From Desulfomonilia bacterium (GTDB taxonomy: Bacteria > Desulfobacterota > Desulfomonilia > UBA1062), in NCBI GenBank assembly GCA_050014195.1, contig JBEKDT010000008.1, positions 1-64,000 on the forward strand: 64,000 bases of DNA, in the 5' to 3' direction. The notes under the pieces are model-generated. The model did not search any database. It worked only from the letters and a program-made list of their open reading frames with translations, and was not told where the DNA came from. This document shows positions 52,724 to 62,459 of this stretch, one piece after another (the first letter of the stretch is position 1; each line of letters opens with the position of its first letter). Position numbers and translations under genes: made by a program.

Positions 52724-53356
52724 TTAGCTGTTATCAAATGTCTTTAGTATTGTGCCGGCATCCTCGATGATGAAGAGCTTGTCCATGTTCTTCAAGGAAC
52801 GCTCATGTGCCACTCTGTCCATTGAAGAAACACAGTCAGATACCACAACAGGGTAAAACCCCCTATTGGAGGCATCCCGTACGCTTGATTCAATGCCCAT
52901 CTCGGTGGCGATGCCGGTGAATATGATTGTGGTGATAGAACGGTTCCGAAGCATGTACTCGAATTTCGTCCCGAGAAAGATGCTCGCAAAGGATTTTTCA
53001 AGGACAACATCGTCCTTTTTCGGTTCAATTGTCTCAGGGATCATGCTCTCCTGCGAGCCAGACGACATAAAGGACGGCAGCTTGTTTACATCATCCACAT
53101 TGAACCGCCTCATCATCGAATAAAGGTACCATGAGGATGCAAATCTTCTGGGCAGGGGCGTTATTAATGTATAGAATACAGGCATCTTGCCGCGTAATAC
53201 TTCGATGAGCGGTTTCAAAGAGGATATGAACTCTTCCTTGTTGAATATCCTGTCAACCAGGCCGTTTTGCACATCCCAGACAACGAGGCATGAATGTCTG
53301 GGGTCAACTATCTCCTTGAGATTTTCATACACTTCGATTCCCTTTATGTTTTTCAT
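52724..53356 (-). CDS. Isochorismatase family hydrolase
   Basis: LVVWDVQN, LEK..ASIF.GT, TGIATEMGIESSVRDA..GFYPVVVSDC. Confidence 0.88.
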   Translation of the reverse strand: MKNIKGIEVYENLKEIVDPRHSCLVVWDVQNGLVDRIFNKEEFISSLKPLIEVLRGKMPVFYTLITPLPRRFASSWYLYSMMRRFNVDDVNKLPSFMSSGSQESMIPETIEPKKDDVVLEKSFASIFLGTKFEYMLRNRSITTIIFTGIATEMGIESSVRDASNRGFYPVVVSDCVSSMDRVAHERSLKNMDKLFIIEDAGTILKTFDNS

Positions 53357-53929
53357 CGCTTACCTCGTATCACCTTGTCGGATATGGACTTCCCCCACAA
53401 ACCCCACGTATTTCCCTATATAGCCCATATATAAATTATAAATTAATTTATATTATATGGTTGCTACATCCCTCATACCTCAATTAATACATTATATCAA
53501 TATGTTAAATGATTTTCTGTGTTTTTTTATCATAGTTCGCGACTCTGACAATCGGGATGTTAGTTCATGCTTTTTTGACGATAACTTGCTAAAAACTATT
53601 TGGCAACAGGCCGTTGAGACCTGACCCTGATGGTTCCTGATGGTTCCCTCAATTGGGAGACCTTCAAGGAGGGGTTACCCGGGGCGCTTCTTATCTTCAT
53701 CCTGCCCTTTGTGCTGTTCTGGGTCATCAGTCATATTTTCCCCATTTTTGAACAAGAAGAGGCTCACTAAATCAGCAAGAGCCTTCTCTCGCGGGAGAAT
53801 CGCTGTCGGCAGGGGACGCTCAAAATTTGAATGTTATGTTGTATTCTCTTCGAAATTATCCTACAATGGACAACATATCTACATAATTCGTTAAATAACG
53901 CCGATCCAACACTGCCCCGGGGAGATGAT

Positions 53930-54445
53930 ATGGAAGCAGGAAACAATGTACCCTGGCGTTGCTGTTTCATTGCATTCCTGACAGTGGTCTTTTTTTCTGC
54001 AAATATGTATGCGGAAGAACAGGATATACCAAAAAAGTTCTTCGTCACGCCGCCCCCGTTCAGTGCAGGCATCTATCCTTGCTCAATGTGCCACAAAGGC
54101 CTGCCCACCAACACACAACCAAGAAAACTTCAAGCCAATATGAACATCCCTCTCAAGCATATGCCCGGCGGCTGGTGCTTCGAATGCCATAATCCGGACA
54201 ACAGGGACAAATTACGGCTCGCGAACGGCACATTGGTCAGCTTTGAGGAATCATACATTCTCTGCGGCCAGTGCCACGGAACGATACTGCGAGAATGGAA
54301 GGCCGGCCTGCACGGGAAGAGGACCGGCATGTGGAACGGCGATAAGCAGTACTATCTTTGCGTAAGCTGCCATTCGCCGCATGAACCGCGGTTTAAGCCG
54401 ATCAAACCGTCTCCACCGCCGGTGAGACCGATGGAGATCAAGTAA
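53930..54445 (+). CDS. Tetraheme cytochrome c (CbcS-like)
   Basis: Four CxxCH motifs: CSMCH, CFECH, CGQCH, CVSCH; N-terminal export signal. Confidence 0.88.
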   Translation: MEAGNNVPWRCCFIAFLTVVFFSANMYAEEQDIPKKFFVTPPPFSAGIYPCSMCHKGLPTNTQPRKLQANMNIPLKHMPGGWCFECHNPDNRDKLRLANGTLVSFEESYILCGQCHGTILREWKAGLHGKRTGMWNGDKQYYLCVSCHSPHEPRFKPIKPSPPPVRPMEIK

Positions 54446-54469
54446 TACATAACGAGGACGAGAAGACCG

Positions 54470-55396
54470 ATGCGAAAAACCGTGAAGAAAATGGATGGAA
54501 TTCATCTTGACCGCAGGACCTTTCTCAAGGGCGTGGCCCTCGGCCTGGCGGGGACAGCGCTCCCGCTGAACAAGGCCGATGCCTCGTTCTGGGAATCGTT
54601 TTTTCAGAAGCACTTTAAGGAAATGAATGATGCCGAGATCAAGCAGGTACTCGGCTGTCTGGAGCGGGAATACGAAGAAAAATATAAAAAAGCGATCAAG
54701 GTGGGCAATCAGAAAGCGATGCCGCGAGTTCTCTTCGGTTACGGGCTCGATCTTTCCCGATGCATCGGCTGCAGGAGATGCGTTTATGCCTGCGTTGAGG
54801 AGAACAATCAATCCAGGGACCCGCAGATCCACTGGATATCGGTCCTCAGATTCAAAAAAGGGGAAAAGTGGGTCGATCTTATAGAATCGGAGAAGTATTA
54901 CAACCCAGAAAAGGTGCCTGAAGAGGGATATTTTTATATGCCGGTTCAGTGCCAGCAGTGTGAGAACCCGCCCTGTGTAAGGGCCTGTCCTACGCAGGCC
55001 ACCTGGAAAGAGCCGGACGGGATCGTGGTCATCGATTACAACTGGTGCATTGGCTGTCGCTACTGCATGGCCGCCTGTCCCTATGGAGCGCGCCACTTTA
55101 ATTGGACCGATCCGGGCCGCAAGTCAGGCGAGATCAATCCGCAGACGCACTATCTCGGGAACCGCCCGCGCTATAAAGGAGTGGTGGAGAAGTGCACCTT
55201 TTGTATCCAGCGGACGAGGAACGGACGTTACCCGGCGTGCGTTGAGGCCTGCCCCGTAGGCGCGCGCAAATTCGGGAACCTCCTTGATCCGAACAGCGAG
55301 ATCAGGTACGCCATTGAGCACAAGCGGGTGTTCCGGTTGAAAGAGGACCTGAATACTTATCCCAAGTTCTATTATTTCTTTGCGTACGGCGTGTAG
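54470..55396 (+). CDS. 4Fe-4S multicluster subunit (NrfC/DsrO/CbcT-like) with Tat-like signal
   Basis: DRRTFLK; CIGCRRC..C, CQQCENPPCVRACP, CIGCRYCMAACP, KCTFC..PACVEACP. Confidence 0.93.
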   Translation: MRKTVKKMDGIHLDRRTFLKGVALGLAGTALPLNKADASFWESFFQKHFKEMNDAEIKQVLGCLEREYEEKYKKAIKVGNQKAMPRVLFGYGLDLSRCIGCRRCVYACVEENNQSRDPQIHWISVLRFKKGEKWVDLIESEKYYNPEKVPEEGYFYMPVQCQQCENPPCVRACPTQATWKEPDGIVVIDYNWCIGCRYCMAACPYGARHFNWTDPGRKSGEINPQTHYLGNRPRYKGVVEKCTFCIQRTRNGRYPACVEACPVGARKFGNLLDPNSEIRYAIEHKRVFRLKEDLNTYPKFYYFFAYGV

Positions 55397-55407
55397 GAGG
55401 CCCACTT

Positions 55408-56640
55408 ATGGCAAGTTTTATCAAAAATTATTTTATTGCCTGGCGTCAGATTTTCATTGGCAACCGGGCTTACTACCTCTGGGTCGGCTTCCTGACGTTT
55501 TTTATTCTCCTCGGACTCAACGCGTATATTGATCAGTACCACCGGGGACTCATAGTAACCGCCATGAGGGATCAGGTTTCGTGGGGGCTGTACCTCTCGA
55601 ATTTCACTTTTCTCGTCGGTGTAGCTGCTGCCGCAGTGCTGCTCGTGGTTCCGGCTTACGTGTATAACTTCAAGCCGATCAAGGAAATCGTGCTGTTCGG
55701 CGAGCTGCTCGCCATCACGGCCATAACCATGTGTATCCTCTTCATCATGATCGACATGGGGCAGCCTTTGCGGGTATGGCATATTTTGCCGTTCATCGGC
55801 GCCATGAATTTCCCTTCGTCACTGCTCACCTGGGACGTGATCGTCTTGAGCGGATATCTCGCCATCAATGTAATCATTGCATTTTACGTTCTCTACCGGC
55901 TTTCGATCGGGAAGGAGTACCGTATGGCCGTGATCAGGCCGCTCATCATTCTGTCCATTCCATGGGCGGTGAGCATCCACACGGTGACGGCGTTCCTCTA
56001 TAACGGACTCTCGGCCAGGCCCTTCTGGAACGCCTCGATCCTGGCCCCGAGGTTTCTTGCTTCGGCGTTCTGTTCCGGACCCGCCATCATGCTGGTCCTG
56101 TTCCAGATCATCAGGAAACGTTCTGAGGTAGAGATCGATAACAAGGCGATCTTCAAAATCGCCGAATTGATCGCCTATGCCATGGCGATCAATTTGTTCC
56201 TTCTGGGCGCAGAGGCATTCAAGGAATTTTATTCGGGCGCCGTTGACAGCTATTCCATCCAGTATCTGTACTTCGGTCTTAATGGGAAAGCGAGTCTGGT
56301 ACCCTGGATGTGGGCCGCATCCCTGTTCAATATCACGGCGTTCTTTCTCTTTCTCTTTCCGAGGACACGTGAGAATTTCACGACACTAAACATCGGATGC
56401 GTGCTGATCATTATGGGCGTGTATATAGAGAAGGGGATCGGGCTTATTGTACCCGGCTTTGTTCCGGATACACTCGGGGAGATTTATGAATACTCTCCGA
56501 CCACATCGGAGATTGTCATTACCATGGGCGTATGGGCTTTCGGTGCGCTTATCTACACGATCCTGCTGAAAATTGCAGTGCCGATCTATACGGGAAAACT
56601 TCGGTTCGAGATAAAAGAACGGAACGTTATCACGCGGTAA
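55408..56640 (+). CDS. NrfD/PsrC-family quinone-interacting membrane subunit (DsrP/CbcU-like)
   Basis: DQVSWGLYLSNFTFLVG, DMGQP.R, SLLTWD, SIHTVTAFL, PRFLASAF. Confidence 0.92.
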   Translation: MASFIKNYFIAWRQIFIGNRAYYLWVGFLTFFILLGLNAYIDQYHRGLIVTAMRDQVSWGLYLSNFTFLVGVAAAAVLLVVPAYVYNFKPIKEIVLFGELLAITAITMCILFIMIDMGQPLRVWHILPFIGAMNFPSSLLTWDVIVLSGYLAINVIIAFYVLYRLSIGKEYRMAVIRPLIILSIPWAVSIHTVTAFLYNGLSARPFWNASILAPRFLASAFCSGPAIMLVLFQIIRKRSEVEIDNKAIFKIAELIAYAMAINLFLLGAEAFKEFYSGAVDSYSIQYLYFGLNGKASLVPWMWAASLFNITAFFLFLFPRTRENFTTLNIGCVLIIMGVYIEKGIGLIVPGFVPDTLGEIYEYSPTTSEIVITMGVWAFGALIYTILLKIAVPIYTGKLRFEIKERNVITR

Positions 56641-56774
56641 TGCCGCAGTCAGCGCCTTGCGTCCGGGGGATGCGCAAATCCTATTCCTGCCAGCAAGCGG
56701 TAGACAAACTCAAAAATATACGAGCCTCCCCTAGCCCTCCACAGGCGCAGATAATTACCCTGTCCCTTTCTCTT

Positions 56775-58151
56775 TCAGAACATCAGCCAGGCCAGGAGAT
56801 AGAGGGTATTGTTGTCCTGGGCATTCCTTCCAGATCCGTCATAGTCGGTATGGGCCCCATTGAATTCGGCGTAGATAATGTACTGCAGGGAGAATTTATA
56901 TTGCTGTTTCAACACGTAATCGAGCTCAAGCAGGTAGCCCTTGCTGTCGGGGCTGCCGTTCTGGCTTCCGCCTACCGGATCGGGTGCGTAGAGGACCGTA
57001 TCCTTGTTGCCGGTGGTTTGAAAGTAGCCCAGTGAGCCCCCGATATCTCCGGCGGGGCTGCGGTAGTAATAGCTGCCGTTCAGCTTGAACGTCTGCAGGG
57101 TATTGGATTCGTTGGCGGACAAGCCCTTGAGAAAGCTGGCGTCCAGCTCCTGTTTCTCATGGATCCAGGTGGTGCGCAGCGTTAGGAGGTGCGGATCGCC
57201 GATGAATTGATACTGGGCGTCGAAGGCCGTGTCGGTAAATCTGTCGGTGGAGCCCTTGCTGGCCCCGTCCGGGAAGATATCGGCCCTCAGGCCGTAGGTG
57301 CCGATCTCGATGTTGTGCTTATCCCAGTTATGTGCCAGTGCCAGTCGCCAGTACGGCACCGCGCCATCCGTCACCATGGTCGGGGTCGAACCGGCGCCCA
57401 GCGGCCGGGTAATGCCGTCAAAGGTGGTACGGTAGACACTCACGCCGCCATAGATCAGGTCGTTCCAGTAGCCATAGGCGCCGATACCGCCGACCTGGGT
57501 GGCGAGTGCACCGTCGATGAGCGTGCCCGCGGCGGGTGTCGGAGCGACGGCCGAGGTTGCGAACGGGAAGCCCCATATGGGCGTGCTGTTCCAGAGATCC
57601 TCCACACCGGGGGCGTTGTTCAGGGTAAGACCATAGGCCGTGTCCTTGTCGCCGATTTTCGTAGTGTTGGCGTAGCGGATGTCCGTCAGGTCCAAAGCGA
57701 TGGAGTTGGCCGTGCCGTCATAGGTCAGCTGCGCCAGGGCCCCGGTGTGTTCGCCGTAGATGCGGCCGCCGTAAAAGACACTGGCCTGCTGAGGCAGGTT
57801 GGTCCGCTCGGTGGCCGTATCTTCAGGATTGTCAAAGGGGGCGACGCCGTTATTCAGGATGCCGCTGTTCTTTTGGAGCGTGGTGTAAGATAACTCCAGC
57901 ATGGCCGACAGCGGCGGTGTATTGGGTTTCGATTGAGCCTGGGTGCTGAAGGCATACCCGTTCATTTTAAAGTTGCGGCCGAAAGGGGTCAACTCGGGAA
58001 AGACGGTATGACATACCGAGCAGGACAATCCGGTTTGATGCCCGAAGCTGGGTACGGCATAGGCCGATTTTTCCGCAAATGTTGCCAGGGAGAAGAAAAG
58101 ACATGCCGCAACCATCACCGCAGTTACGTTGGTAAAGATGTTCTTGAGCAT
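56775..58151 (-). CDS. Cyc2-like fused monoheme cytochrome c / outer-membrane beta-barrel
   Basis: Signal peptide then AVPSFGHQTGLSCSVCHTVFPELTPFGRNFKMNGY; beta-strand-rich body; C-terminal NNTLYLLAWLMF. Confidence 0.85.
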   Translation of the reverse strand: MLKNIFTNVTAVMVAACLFFSLATFAEKSAYAVPSFGHQTGLSCSVCHTVFPELTPFGRNFKMNGYAFSTQAQSKPNTPPLSAMLELSYTTLQKNSGILNNGVAPFDNPEDTATERTNLPQQASVFYGGRIYGEHTGALAQLTYDGTANSIALDLTDIRYANTTKIGDKDTAYGLTLNNAPGVEDLWNSTPIWGFPFATSAVAPTPAAGTLIDGALATQVGGIGAYGYWNDLIYGGVSVYRTTFDGITRPLGAGSTPTMVTDGAVPYWRLALAHNWDKHNIEIGTYGLRADIFPDGASKGSTDRFTDTAFDAQYQFIGDPHLLTLRTTWIHEKQELDASFLKGLSANESNTLQTFKLNGSYYYRSPAGDIGGSLGYFQTTGNKDTVLYAPDPVGGSQNGSPDSKGYLLELDYVLKQQYKFSLQYIIYAEFNGAHTDYDGSGRNAQDNNTLYLLAWLMF

Positions 58152-58184
58152 CGTTCATCCCTCCTTTTTTCTTTAAACCCTGCA

Positions 58185-58523
58185 CTATTTTTTATAGGTA
58201 TGCGTCATGTAATCGATGACCGCCTGGATCTCCTCGGGGGACAGATTGATGGCCGGCATCTTGCCACGGCCATGCAAGATGGAGTCGGTTATCACGCGCT
58301 TGGTGTCCTTTTTCCAGAATTCCGGTGCGAAGGCCGTGGGAGCAGGGTGGAACGCTACCGCCGCCGGACCTTTACCATCGCCTTTCATGCCATGGCAAAT
58401 CTGGCAGTTATTAGAATAAAGATCTTTTCCTTTGTCACTTTTTTCGGATGCTGTGATGAGATCGGATAAAAACATCAGCCCGAACAATAACATCAACAGG
58501 GTACAGATAATTTTTTGTTTCAT
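58185..58523 (-). CDS. Periplasmic monoheme cytochrome c
   Basis: Signal peptide; GKDLYSNNCQICHG..GDG.GP; distal Met in GKMP. Confidence 0.9.
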   Translation of the reverse strand: MKQKIICTLLMLLFGLMFLSDLITASEKSDKGKDLYSNNCQICHGMKGDGKGPAAVAFHPAPTAFAPEFWKKDTKRVITDSILHGRGKMPAINLSPEEIQAVIDYMTHTYKK

Positions 58524-58973
58524 AAATCCGCCCTTCATTTTGAATATAAAGAACAAAAATCAAAATTAATACATATAGTTTTTAGATGCATTTGTTATAA
58601 AGATAATCGATACGGTTAAATAGAATATATTCTCAAGGACAGAAGTCAAGGGTTCGATCTTACATTGTCCTGACTCTTTGATAATGTCCCCATGAGAACT
58701 CGATAGGAATGTCCCCATGACATTAAGTAACGTAATCGCCTGCAGCAGAGATTTCTGCAGGTAAAATAAGTGTTTGTTTTTAATTTTCTCCTTACGAGCC
58801 ATTGCTTACTTACAATCCATTACTATATATAAGTAGGATTTTCTCTTGTAACGATATTGATATTTCCCTCTGATTATATCTTTTTGCTATATCCAACGAG
58901 ATTTACATCAGATATTTTGCTTCACGAAAAATTGTTACCAAGGAGGTTGTGGGGGAAAAGGAGGTAAAATATT

Positions 58974-59246
58974 ATGCGTGCCTGGTACATACTTATGGCA
59001 ACATTCATCACTCTCATTATGGCAATGGTGATCTTGCTCGGGAATCTTGGTGATATTCAAGGAAACCATTGGGCAATGCCCTCTCAAATGAATGGTGCTT
59101 ATGGTGCTCAAGTGGCATCTCGCACGGAAACCTCTGCGTATCCCTGGCAACTTGATTATATAACCCTTGGTACCAAGGTAGAAATAGCGTATGCTTCCAT
59201 GCCTAATTATGTATTGCCATGTAAAGATGAACACAGGGTAAGATAG
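58974..59246 (+). CDS. Hypothetical small exported protein
   Basis: AAGGAGG RBS and N-terminal hydrophobic helix. Confidence 0.4.
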   Translation: MRAWYILMATFITLIMAMVILLGNLGDIQGNHWAMPSQMNGAYGAQVASRTETSAYPWQLDYITLGTKVEIAYASMPNYVLPCKDEHRVR

Positions 59247-59338
59247 AAGTTAGTACGGTCCTTGTGGAACTTTGAAAGAAGTGAATAGTCGAGGAACGGA
59301 CCTGTTAGGAAGCTGTTTGTATTGAGTATCTTGTAGGA

Positions 59339-62300
59339 TCAGTTGTTCATGAGTTTTATGATGAAGCGTGTGATACCCCCACAGATTATTCCTGCAAACA
59401 CAAAGAAATACATCCCCTGTGGTACAGAATCACTTGATACGGAAGTGGATATGAAACAGCCTCCACCGCCTCCACTCCCTTTACCATCTCCTTCAGATCC
59501 TTTCACCGACACATGTACAGGTATTGTTTGAGGACTGTTTGTAACATTTGTATCTGTTGAAATGACGGTAATGTTCTTGTCATACTCTCCTGCAGCTAGG
59601 CCGGCGGTCTTTAAGTGAACAGTGATCATGGTTTGATCACTAGTCAGAGTCCCACTTAGAGGTGAACCAATAATCCAATCTGCATCGGCGGAAATGGAAT
59701 AATTGAGCGTTCCTTCACCTGAATTCCATATATTAAAACTTTGATCTGCAGCATCAGACCCTTGTGCACATGATACTTGAAGTGATACCGGTTCGATCGA
59801 AAAGGTTGATTTTGCCGGGCTGATGCTGACCGGCTCACTCACCGTCAGGCTCACGGGGATAGTCTGGGGACTGTTTGACGCCCCTGGTGCACTGATGGTT
59901 ATAGTTGCTGGATATGTCCCTGAAACGAGGTCTGAGTTTGCAAAAGAGACAGTTATAACGTTATGCCCGCCGGCGGAGGTTCCGCTTGATGGTGAACATG
60001 ATAGCCATGCAGCGTTATCATAGATTGTATAATTAAGCGTCCCACCTCCTGAGTTCCACACATCAAAAGACTGACTCGATGCATTTGATCCTTTCACGCA
60101 TGTGACTGCCAAAGATGTTGGGGTGGCTGAAATGGATGAGGCTGCTGGAGGAGGAGTTGGTGAATTAACTGTCAGGCTTACCGGTATAGTCAGCGGGGTA
60201 TTTGATGCCCCTGCGGCATTAATGGTGATGCTTGCAGAGTAACTCCCTGCTGTTAGTCCGGTTGTTGCATAACTGATTGTGATGGAGTTATGACCGCTGC
60301 CACTGCACGTGGTGGTGGTTGTTCCTTGCGAAGGGCTGCAAGAGAGCCACGTTTGACTTGTTACGATCGTATAACTCAACGTCCCACCCCCTGAGTTCCA
60401 TACATCAAAAGACCGGCTTGATGGGTTGCTGCCTTGTATACAGGAAGAAGTAAGAGTTGAAGAGACATTATGTGCAATAACAGGAGGGGCTGTTGGATTG
60501 ACATTGAAAGTAACTGGAATAGTCTGGGGAGTATTCGATGCCATCGGATCGGTAATAGTTATTGTTGCAGAATAGGTTCCCGTGGTGAGGGCACTAGTGG
60601 AGTAAAATACCGAAATAGTCTTCTGGTCTGTTGTCCCGTTTGAAGTTCCCGATGCTGTACAGGCAATCCAGGATTGATTGGTAGATATCGAGAAATTGAG
60701 TGTACCGGAACCTGAGTTCCAGATTTGGAATGTTTGGGTTTCTGCGTTACACCCTTGCGAACATGAATTTGTAAGAGATGCAGGAGAACATGATATGGCG
60801 GGAGAGAGGACAGTGAGACTCACCGGGATAGTCTGCGGGCTATTCGATGAGCCCGGGTCTACCATCGTGATATTCGCAGTATAAATCCCTGGGGTAAGGC
60901 TGGAGGTTGTATAATTAACAGTAATGGTTTTTTTATCTGATACACCTGTTGAGGAGCCGCTTGTTGGAGTGCAGGAAACCCAAGTTTGATCAGTTGATAT
61001 CGTGTAATTCACAGTCCCTGCCCCTGAGTTCCAGACTTGGAATGATTGGGCTGCGGCATTGTTCCCATGTGAACATGAATTTGTCAGAGATGTTGGAGAA
61101 CTTGCAATTGTAGGAGGTGAAAGAACTGTGAGGCTCACCGGGATAGTCTGAGGGCTATTCGATGAGCCTTCAGCGTTTATTGTGATAGTCGCCGAGTAGT
61201 TCCCTGGGGCTAAGCTGGAGGTTGTATAATTTACAGTGATAGTTTTCTGATCTGATGCACCCGTTGAAGTGCCGCTTGCAGGAGTGCAGGATACCCAAGT
61301 TTGATCAGTTGAAATCGTGTAATTCAGAGTCCCTGTCCCTGAGTTCCAGACTTGGAACGATTGGGCAGGGGCATTATTTCCTCCTTGGCATGAACTAGTA
61401 AGAGATGTTGGAGAGGAAGATAGTACTTGTGGGATCGAGTAGGTTATATCGAGTGTCCAAAAGTTGAAGCTGTATCCCTGTTGATGGCTTCCTATTTTAT
61501 AAATACAATCATAATTCATGTTCATATCGAGGTGAAATAATCCGTTTGGTCTGCCTGAGGTTACACCCCAGCTGTTCACTATGATCCAATAGGAGTTGTT
61601 GGGATCTTCATCATTGTAACCAACACAGAGGACCGCATGGCCCCAGCCATAAAGATTTGAATAGGTATCACCACAGGAGAAATCGGGATTCCAAATTGTG
61701 TCTTCTGTTTGAGAATCCCAAAAGTCAATAAAGTTATTGCCATCTGCCTGTGTAGGCATGACAAAACTGAAATAAACAGCCTCATTCTGATTGAGTATGC
61801 TCTTAATATTTGCAATGGCTGTATCCTGACCGACGCCATGAGTCGGTATTGTTACAGCTGTTATCGATGAAATGGGATAATTAGGATTGGTACTGATAGA
61901 TGAGCCTGGAGTATTACATGAGGCATCTCCATCCTGCCAGTTTGCATTTGTATTAGACCAGGGTATGGCTTGCTGGTATCCGGGAGTTAAATAAAAATCG
62001 ACCAGAGATGGAAGGTCGCCACCTGAGCAACATGTTAACCCGATCGCAGTTGCGTTTGAATTAAGATATTGGACAGAGAGTCTGTCGTATATTTGGTTAT
62101 TTACATCGAGGGCAATGGCCATTACCCCTGTCCCTGCCCACGTCCAACAGTCTCCGCACTGACCCTGATCATATTCAGAAGGGATATAATCAAGATGGCT
62201 TAATAAACTCAGTGAGCTGCTTGTTCCACTGGCATACTGTACATACTTGTTCATCTGTGCTTGTGGAGCTTTTTGATATTTCTGTTCCCAATTGATCAGG

Positions 62301-62431
62301 GTTTCACTGTCAGGCCGCATTACACCATGCGCGCTTCTAAAATCATCTGCTTGAGCAGTTGGAAGAATACCGGCTAAGAAAATAAGGAAGAGTATCGCAA
62401 TATTGGTAAATGATTTCTTAAGATCAATCAT
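59339..62431 (-). CDS. Papain-like C1 cysteine peptidase with six BACON/Ig-like repeats and C-terminal GGGGG-CFI anchor
   Basis: DQGQCGDCW, GHAVLCVGY, WIIVNSWG catalytic motifs; six F.(V/I)WNSG.GT repeats; GGGGGCFIST plus TM helix. Confidence 0.9.
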   Translation of the reverse strand: MIDLKKSFTNIAILFLIFLAGILPTAQADDFRSAHGVMRPDSETLINWEQKYQKAPQAQMNKYVQYASGTSSSLSLLSHLDYIPSEYDQGQCGDCWTWAGTGVMAIALDVNNQIYDRLSVQYLNSNATAIGLTCCSGGDLPSLVDFYLTPGYQQAIPWSNTNANWQDGDASCNTPGSSISTNPNYPISSITAVTIPTHGVGQDTAIANIKSILNQNEAVYFSFVMPTQADGNNFIDFWDSQTEDTIWNPDFSCGDTYSNLYGWGHAVLCVGYNDEDPNNSYWIIVNSWGVTSGRPNGLFHLDMNMNYDCIYKIGSHQQGYSFNFWTLDITYSIPQVLSSSPTSLTSSCQGGNNAPAQSFQVWNSGTGTLNYTISTDQTWVSCTPASGTSTGASDQKTITVNYTTSSLAPGNYSATITINAEGSSNSPQTIPVSLTVLSPPTIASSPTSLTNSCSHGNNAAAQSFQVWNSGAGTVNYTISTDQTWVSCTPTSGSSTGVSDKKTITVNYTTSSLTPGIYTANITMVDPGSSNSPQTIPVSLTVLSPAISCSPASLTNSCSQGCNAETQTFQIWNSGSGTLNFSISTNQSWIACTASGTSNGTTDQKTISVFYSTSALTTGTYSATITITDPMASNTPQTIPVTFNVNPTAPPVIAHNVSSTLTSSCIQGSNPSSRSFDVWNSGGGTLSYTIVTSQTWLSCSPSQGTTTTTCSGSGHNSITISYATTGLTAGSYSASITINAAGASNTPLTIPVSLTVNSPTPPPAASSISATPTSLAVTCVKGSNASSQSFDVWNSGGGTLNYTIYDNAAWLSCSPSSGTSAGGHNVITVSFANSDLVSGTYPATITISAPGASNSPQTIPVSLTVSEPVSISPAKSTFSIEPVSLQVSCAQGSDAADQSFNIWNSGEGTLNYSISADADWIIGSPLSGTLTSDQTMITVHLKTAGLAAGEYDKNITVISTDTNVTNSPQTIPVHVSVKGSEGDGKGSGGGGGCFISTSVSSDSVPQGMYFFVFAGIICGGITRFIIKLMNN

Positions 62432-62459
62432 GTTGTCATCCTAATCCATTATTTACTAT

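Noticed and set aside
52724-53356. Isochorismatase lacking the usual catalytic Cys (ATEMGIES)
   Set aside because: Gly at this position occurs in known subfamilies such as YecD-like proteins; not unusual.
58566-58802. 78-aa ORF upstream of cytochrome c
   Set aside because: No recognisable motif or RBS; AT-rich; cannot be supported as a gene.
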